A stretch of 24,000 nucleotides of DNA from NCBI RefSeq assembly GCF_046599315.1, contig NZ_JBKIKC010000020.1, forward strand, positions 14,951 through 38,950. Reading direction: 5' to 3'. The DNA comes from Priestia megaterium. GTDB lineage: Bacteria > Bacillota > Bacilli > Bacillales > Bacillaceae_H. The notes under the pieces are model-generated. The model did no database searches. It was given only the letters and a program-made list of their open reading frames with translations, and was not told the DNA's origin. The position numbers were made by a program, and so were the translations under genes. Positions 23,028-24,000 of the stretch are shown in pieces (position 1 is the stretch's first letter; the number at the start of each line of letters is the position of its first letter).

Positions 23028-23864
23028 CTACAGTCGGTTCTGTTCTAGATATTCTTTTAATGTTTGCTGTAATGTTCCTTTTGCTTCTGCCTTTCCTTCA
23101 AAGGAGATTCCTGAGTGAATCATTGTCCGCACCAGATCAGCACGTAAACCTGTGAGAATAGCTTTACATCCCATCATTGAAATTGCAGTTAATATTTTTT
23201 GAAAATGGTCAATGACATGCATCTCCATGTTAGCAATTCCAGACAGATCTATAATTAATGTTTCAATCCTTAAATCTGAAATATCCATCAATACTTTCTC
23301 CTCAATCGTTTGGATACGATGGATGTCAACCATTCCGATCAAGGGCAATACAGCTACAGATTGACTAAGTGGTATAATAGGTACTGATAGATGTTCAACT
23401 AAGTCCCTCTGGGAGGCGATTAATTCATCTTTATACCTGGAATAACTAATCAGAAAAGTGTTGAGAAATTGATCAATCCTATCATTAATACGCTTCTCTA
23501 AGGCATAAAATTCTTCACGGTCTTTAAAATGGTTATTTATTCGGTCATATTGATAGAGAAAATGCCACAATGTTCGCCTAATAGCCTGTACCCACTCTAG
23601 TTTAAAGGCAAGAGTTAGGGTGTGCTCTGCCCAGGCTATCCCTTCTTGCTGAGCGAAAGCAATGAGTTGTTCTTCCTTTTGCTCTACGACATATAAAGAT
23701 AATTTTTGAGCATTTTTTAAAAGATCAATATTCCCAGTTTCTAAAATGTCATTAATCTTAGAAGCTACGTTAACCGCCTCTGATAAGAGTTTATCCTGGA
23801 AATTCTGTTTGTTGTCTCTAATAAAATCGGTCATTTTCTCTCTCTGGTTATAAATAATTTTCAT
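23028..23864 (-). CDS. RsbR-like stressosome-type protein (N-terminal helical sensor plus C-terminal STAS domain)
   Basis: 278 aa. The C-terminal LSVPIIPLSQSVAVLPLIGMVDIHRIQTIEEKVL...LIIDLSGIANMEMHVIDHF...GCKAILTGLRADLV matches the RsbR/STAS pattern. SD AAGGGGCG upstream. Confidence 0.8.
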   Translation of the reverse strand: MKIIYNQREKMTDFIRDNKQNFQDKLLSEAVNVASKINDILETGNIDLLKNAQKLSLYVVEQKEEQLIAFAQQEGIAWAEHTLTLAFKLEWVQAIRRTLWHFLYQYDRINNHFKDREEFYALEKRINDRIDQFLNTFLISYSRYKDELIASQRDLVEHLSVPIIPLSQSVAVLPLIGMVDIHRIQTIEEKVLMDISDLRIETLIIDLSGIANMEMHVIDHFQKILTAISMMGCKAILTGLRADLVRTMIHSGISFEGKAEAKGTLQQTLKEYLEQNRL

Positions 23865-24000
23865 TTTAAATACGCCCCTTATTCGATTTTAGATTATAGT
23901 TATCTTTAATTAATCAATATCTCCAAATGAAATATTATCTATTTTTATTTTCAGTCTCAGTCTTTGTATATCAAGAAAAGTTCTCTTTCTTTGTACTAAC

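Noticed and set aside
1-24000. Looked for CRISPR arrays, tRNA/rRNA genes, IS elements or transposases, integrases, and known defence-system genes.
   Set aside because: No regularly spaced direct repeats, no cloverleaf-like or rRNA-like sequence, and no ORF with transposase, recombinase, nuclease, helicase or ATPase defence motifs were seen on either strand.

Overview
Low-GC Firmicute (Bacillus-like) chromosomal segment with no rRNA, tRNA, CRISPR array, transposase or phage gene. Left third (1-7900): a non-PTS sucrose/fructo-oligosaccharide locus. It holds a divergent LacI-family repressor (cut by the window edge), a sugar ABC importer without an ATPase gene (binding lipoprotein plus two permeases), a LacY-family MFS symporter, an intracellular GH32 hydrolase and a PfkB fructokinase. 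The ABC and MFS units each sit behind a near-identical promoter / GTTGACA-palindrome operator / cre-like cassette. Middle (7977-15518): a frameshifted Maa/LacA-type acetyltransferase pseudogene; a minus-strand TetR, MmcQ/YjbR, nitronate-monooxygenase unit ending in a truncated flavodoxin-like stub; and a Gfo/Idh/MocA oxidoreductase, AraC regulator and MFS sugar-porter module. Right third (15.5-24 kb): accessory-looking DNA with small hypothetical genes, an alpha/beta hydrolase, an AhpD/CMD-like protein, one decayed and one intact GNAT acetyltransferase, a DUF3231-like protein, a MEDS-domain protein and an orphan RsbR-like STAS protein. I found no convincing new multi-gene system such as a defence island. 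The signals the ORFs do not explain are: (i) a roughly 60-nt intergenic repeat family in four co-oriented copies, each just 3' of a minus-strand accessory gene; (ii) a perfect 38-bp palindrome centred on TATAAT upstream of the AraC gene, plus a shared 13-mer; (iii) an orphan promoter-to-terminator unit that may be an sRNA; (iv) a 43-codon hydrophobic ORF below the ORF-track cutoff; (v) an RsbR-like protein that seems to lack both canonical phospho-acceptor residues, next to a MEDS protein. All functional calls come from motif recognition by eye. No searches were run.
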